From contig OZ024742.1 of assembly GCA_964016885.1 (NCBI GenBank), positions 306,280,001-306,344,000 of the forward strand: 64,000 bases of DNA, given 5' to 3'. The notes beneath the pieces were generated by a model that was given only the letters and a program-made list of their open reading frames with translations, was not told the DNA's origin and ran no database searches. Made by a program: the position numbers and the translations under genes. The DNA comes from Eledone cirrhosa. Taxonomy: Eukaryota. Below are positions 59,062 to 64,000 of the stretch, one piece after another (the stretch's first letter is position 1; each line of letters begins with the position of its first letter).

Positions 59062-59182
59062 AAGGGAGAAAGGGAGAGAGAGAAAGAGAGAGTGAGAGAG
59101 AGAGAGAGAGCGAAAGGGAGAAAGGGAGAGAGAGAAAGAGAGAGTGAGAGAGATCAGAAATATATCAGTTTTAAATAATGAT

Positions 59183-59320
59183 TTCTAGTATAGGCACAAA
59201 GCGAGTAATTTGAAGGCGAGGGGAAAGTCGATTAAATCGACCCCCGTGCATTACCGGTGCTTTATTTTATCGACCTGGTAAGGATGAAAGGCAAAGTTAA
59301 CCTCGGCGGGATTTGAACTC
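59183..59320 (-). mobile_element. Partial diverged SINE family A
   Basis: tttattttatcgacc..gatgaaaggcaaagttaacctcggcgggatttgaactc. Confidence 0.8.
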
Positions 59321-59467
59321 TATCAGTTTAAAAATAATGACACCATTAAACACCAGAGTACTCGAAACTTAGTAAGTAGAATGCAAATATAGTAGAAATC
59401 CAGGGCGCAGAGACTGTCCTCTTGCCGTTTCGACAAAAGATTCCAGGTATATATATATATAAATAGG

Positions 59468-59572
<105 letters not shown>

Positions 59573-61006
59573 CTCAATGAAATAAAAGAAGGCCAATCTG
59601 GCTTCTAATATATTCGTTTAACGTTGCATAATTCGTTTCTCCATGGCCGGATTTCATCATCAGATCCTAGAGCAAGAGAGATGGTCACGTCATCAGATGT
59701 AATGAACATAACAGATTGGAGTGCCCCTCTTAATCACTTTGGAGTGCCCCTCTTAATCACATTGCCAGTAGAAAAAGAAATAGAAATAAAAAATAATTGG
59801 CTCTGCTCAAGAAAACAAATGATATAAAAAGAGATGAAAACCGCATAGGTTCAAAATCTGTATAAAAATAATGAGCAGAGATTGAAAAACTCTTGTGAGG
59901 GTGAACGAGTTTTCCGAATGATAATATTACTAGAAATCATGAACTAATTTTCTCTGGGATAATAATATTTCTCTGGGATAATAATATTTAACAGGTAACA
60001 GGAGAATCCTTAGTAATACAGTGTACCTTGATTGAGCATGAATCTACGGAGGTTGTGCCCTTCCATTTTACAGATGCGTATCATACTCCGATCACGGCAA
60101 TAATGTCATTTTCATGTCGGCATTTACAGTAAACCTGAGTAGACATTTACAAGCACATCGTTTATAAACAATATTTTGGCGATTACCCGTTCTGAAATGC
60201 CAGGTATCACTCCTAAAAGTAATATCACTCCTAAAAGTAATCAAACCAAAAGAGAGAATACAATAAATTCAACTTATATTTAACCGCTATATCCTATATT
60301 TTTACACTAGTTATACTTGCATTTCGATTCACTTTGTTCATTTTTACAGATTTAATATTAGAAAGCATGATTCATTTCTCTTCTTTAGATCTAAAGTATT
60401 GTGAAAAGCATGTTTAATACAATAATAAAAATAAATATATATGTTCAAAGAATAATAATCAAGACATATAAATCATTTTCAAATTTAGTAAAGCTGATTG
60501 TCATTTCGAAGTTTACTAAAACATATCCGAGCTCAAACAATTGGGATTTGCTTTTGTAAATCTATGACAGTGACTTCATTGTTCATGAAGGAGATCCATT
60601 ATTGTAAATATTTATGCCTTACAATGTCTGGGTAAGAAGAAAACGAAACCTTTGTTAACTCACTTCTAACAAGAATAACCTTATCAAACGTGTTCTCTTA
60701 ATAAATGACTGTTTGAAACAAACATCATTGAGAGGGATGCGAAATACAAGATGCATTTGAAATAAAAGATGACTCAGAAAAGAAGAGTTGGTGCTCAAGT
60801 GTAAAGCCGAAAAGGACGCAAGCCAGTATAATAAAATCTCTTGGGGAAATGATATTTGTCAGTATAAATGCATATATGCAGCAAGATGTCAATGTATGCT
60901 CATATAAAGATAGGGCGATATTTTTCGATATATTTGCATACATAATCATAATCGTGTAGACAAGCTCACAAAGTAACACAAACACATATTCGCTCTTACA
61001 CACACA

Positions 61007-61039
<33 letters not shown>

Positions 61040-61239
61040 ATTCATATATATATATATATAAATAATGTTATACACGATATGTTTGTATGCCCTCATATAC
61101 ATGTATGCATATATATATATATATATATACGCATGCATGTATATATATGCATGTATATATCTGGACATACAAACACATCGTGTATAACATTATTTTTGCA
61201 GGCGAATGTATATACATACATACACACACATACATATGA

Positions 61240-61333
<94 letters not shown>

Positions 61334-61889
61334 TTTAGTACAGCATTGACGAAGCTTTAGTATACGGCCAAGCTAGCGTATATGCATAATTGGTCTGTAG
61401 CTTTAGCACTCGGATGAGGTAAGACCCCAGAGTAATAACATTACGTTCAGACAGCTTAGCAAATCAGATATAGCAGTCGGCAGTCCAACCGCATTACCAG
61501 AGCAACGAAAATACATGACCCAGGAAAAGATTTTATATATATATATATAGGTATGTATGTATATATATATGTATGTATACCTGGAGTATCAGAAATAGCC
61601 ATCATCGTGAAGAAGACTTAAAGGCATGTAAAAATTGTAAATAACTGTATGAAAATTAATAAAAAAGTTATAAGAAAGAATCAAACTGTATTTTTAGATA
61701 TGTATTGTACAACTTACCACATGTTTATATCGTCATTTGGTTAAAAGAATATATCCATAAGTAAATATATATATATATTTCTATTGTTTCACTAGTTTCA
61801 GCACTCAATGCTAATATGGGACCCGTTCCGGATGTTCTATTCTACGTTTGGTATTACACAGTATCTTTACCACGCAGAGATGATATCTA

Positions 61890-62095
61890 GTATCAGCACA
61901 AGACAAGTAATTTTTGGGGGGGGATGTCGATTAAATCGACCCCAGTGCGTGACTAGTACTTTATTTTTTCGACCTCGTAAGATGAAAGGCAAAGTTAACC
62001 ACGGCGGGATTTGAACTCAGACATTAAAGAGCCGTAACTCTGTGCTGCAAAGCATGTTTTCCGACGCTCTCCCGATCCTACCAATCCACAGCCTT
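61890..62095 (-). mobile_element. Diverged full-length SINE family A
   Basis: Ends ccgatcctaccaatccacagccttg, the reverse complement of the head. Confidence 0.8.
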
Positions 62096-62584
62096 GCAGA
62101 GAGTTAATAATAGCAATAATACGGTGCAGGAAAATATTATCAATATCACATCATTATGTTTATCCGTATATGACGCGCGTTTCGCGATTATTTAGTTCAA
62201 ACAACTATTGGTATTGAGAGCATCTGACTCTGGGACCTGTAGTTCATTAAACTTGTCGATTATCAAATACGTATACATTTATATGATTTATAGATGGTAT
62301 TCCACATCCACGCGTGCTTCACGAAGAAAAATGTCTTTAACCATATGATCACATTTGTGGGACGGTTGCATTAAGACAAAAGTTTAACATTTCTTTAGTC
62401 ATACTTAGAATAACAATCAATAATGCTGTATATAAACGCACACATAAGCCTATACTATATGTATGATCATGCACTCGCGCATTATTACATATAGACGTGC
62501 ACATATGTACATTTGCACACGCATATATATACGTATGTATATATAAATATGTATACACACATACACATACAAACACATACATGC

Positions 62585-62647
<63 letters not shown>

Positions 62648-63332
62648 AGAGAGATACCTTTGTACAAACATGAATACATGTATACATGCATACACAATAA
62701 CATATTTGCATACAAACACATTTTTTTTTATATCTGCGTCTAAAAGCATATATATATATACATATATATATACATATGTGTGTGTGTCTATATGTGTGAG
62801 TGTATCTGTGTGTGTGCGCGTGTGTGTGTACATTTGTTTTGTTTCACTTTATGTGCTTTTTATCATTCTGTGAATGTGATTGTGCGTGCATCCGCCTTTA
62901 TGAATTTGACATAAGTTCACGACCAAATACAAAAGATAGCCATAAACCATCTTCTGTTTGACCTTTCTGCTTATAGTTTGGATAGAAGCAATATTTTTTC
63001 TCAACACTTGGTCCTTACTGACTTCTTCTGACATCAAGTGTGTTTTCAGCTTTTGACTAACTTCCAACTATTGATAGCACGCCAAGTCAAACATGAACCA
63101 AGAATATTTCAGCGACTGATGTATCGAGAATGTCGGATGCATTGTATATGTTACTTTCCTGTATCAAACAAATACACTTCTGTCATAATAGATATAATGC
63201 CCAGTGTTACAAGTCGGCTTTTAAATTGGAGGTGCTACGATTAAAAGTTAGCTAAGCGTTCGTACCCTGAAACAGAAAGTAATGATATACAGAACAATGC
63301 ATATAGCGTTCAATTATATATACTGATTGGTA

Positions 63333-63822
63333 CTGATTGGTACTTATCAAAGCCAAGTACTCCACCTGTCTGCTGAAAATTATGAATGTTTGATTCTTAT
63401 AGAATTCTAGTAATAATCAGGAACTGATTATACAGAGCGGTTGCCGGTCAAGCAGAAATTGAAAATTAGAATTGGCGCTCTGAAATAGCGATATATATAT
63501 ATAAATGTATATATAGTGTATTTTGCAATACACTTATGCATAATTAAAAATATTTCGAAGACCTTACGCTATTGTTTTAGAGTAGTGACAGTCTCACTTA
63601 CTTTAAATTTTCATCAAACAAGATGAGATAAAGCTGACAGAGCTCTGTTTCGTACTAATTGGTACTTATCAAAGCCAAGTACTCCACCTGTCTGCTGAAA
63701 ATCATGAATGTTTGATTCTTATAGAATTCTAGTAATAATCAGGAACTGATTATACAGAGCGGTTGCCGGTCAAGCAGAAATTGAAAATTAGAATTGGTGC
63801 TCTGATATAGCGATATATATAT
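63333..63822 (-). repeat. ~1.5 tandem copies of a 322-bp HHR unit homologous to the 312-bp array unit
   Basis: tacttatcaaagccaagtac at 63341 and 63663; shares caggaactg..agagcggt.gccggtc..gcagaaatt..gctctgaaatagcgatatat with 25677-25755. Confidence 0.85.
63632..63676 (-). ncRNA. Hammerhead ribozyme with U3-A8 core (UUGAUAA)
   Basis: Minus strand: ggct-TTGATAA-gtac caatta gtac-GAAA-cagagctctg-TC-agct. Confidence 0.78.
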
Positions 63823-63937
63823 ATATGAATACAGGTACACATATATATATGTACGTATCAAATTAGGCTGCTCAGCCGTTAATTTTCATAAGGAAAGTAT
63901 ATACTTTCGAACGTTCAACCATCTGGCAGAAGGGTAT

Positions 63938-63980
63938 ACGGTGCTGATGATAGCTAAGAAGCTTAAAACTAGTACATCGT
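63938..63980 (+). ncRNA. Degenerate minimal hammerhead (G12A)
   Basis: acggtg-CTGATGA-tagc taagaa gctt-AAAA-ctag-TA-catcgt. Confidence 0.6.
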
Positions 63981-64000
63981 TCCTGTGTCAGTGTTGAACA

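Noticed and set aside
59645-59700. Two minus-strand CTGATGA with GAAA
   Set aside because: No stem III or stem I closure
60029-60135. Splice-like signals suggesting a minus-strand exon
   Set aside because: All three frames contain stops

Overview
AT-rich eukaryotic genomic DNA saturated with (TA)n, (CA)n, (GA)n and trinucleotide microsatellites. The repeat landscape and tRNA-derived SINE type suggest an octopod cephalopod (inference). Nearly all YIYI/CVCV ORFs in the track are microsatellite artefacts. Real content: (1) three phase-compatible putative 3' exons of an unidentified host gene (7365-7494, 48999-49036, 53389-53422, +), which would put most of the window in a ~41 kb intron; (2) a near-intact Penelope-like element (RT + C-terminal GIY-YIG, Hydra-clade-like) with inverted pseudo-LTRs, plus other PLE 3' fragments; (3) a degraded full-length L1/Tx1-type LINE, RTE and CR1-like fragments, a hAT MITE with 8-bp TSD and >10 SINE copies. 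Most notable is a dense set of hammerhead ribozyme (HHR) motifs from about 9 sequence families, several with non-canonical cores. It includes a 2.1-kb palindromic array of a 312-bp HHR-bearing retrozyme-like unit (25445-27563) and a diverged 322-bp sister unit with a different HHR. Fold-back/inversion junctions repeatedly fall inside hammerhead cores or across (TA)n tracts. All structures were read by eye; nothing was computed or searched.
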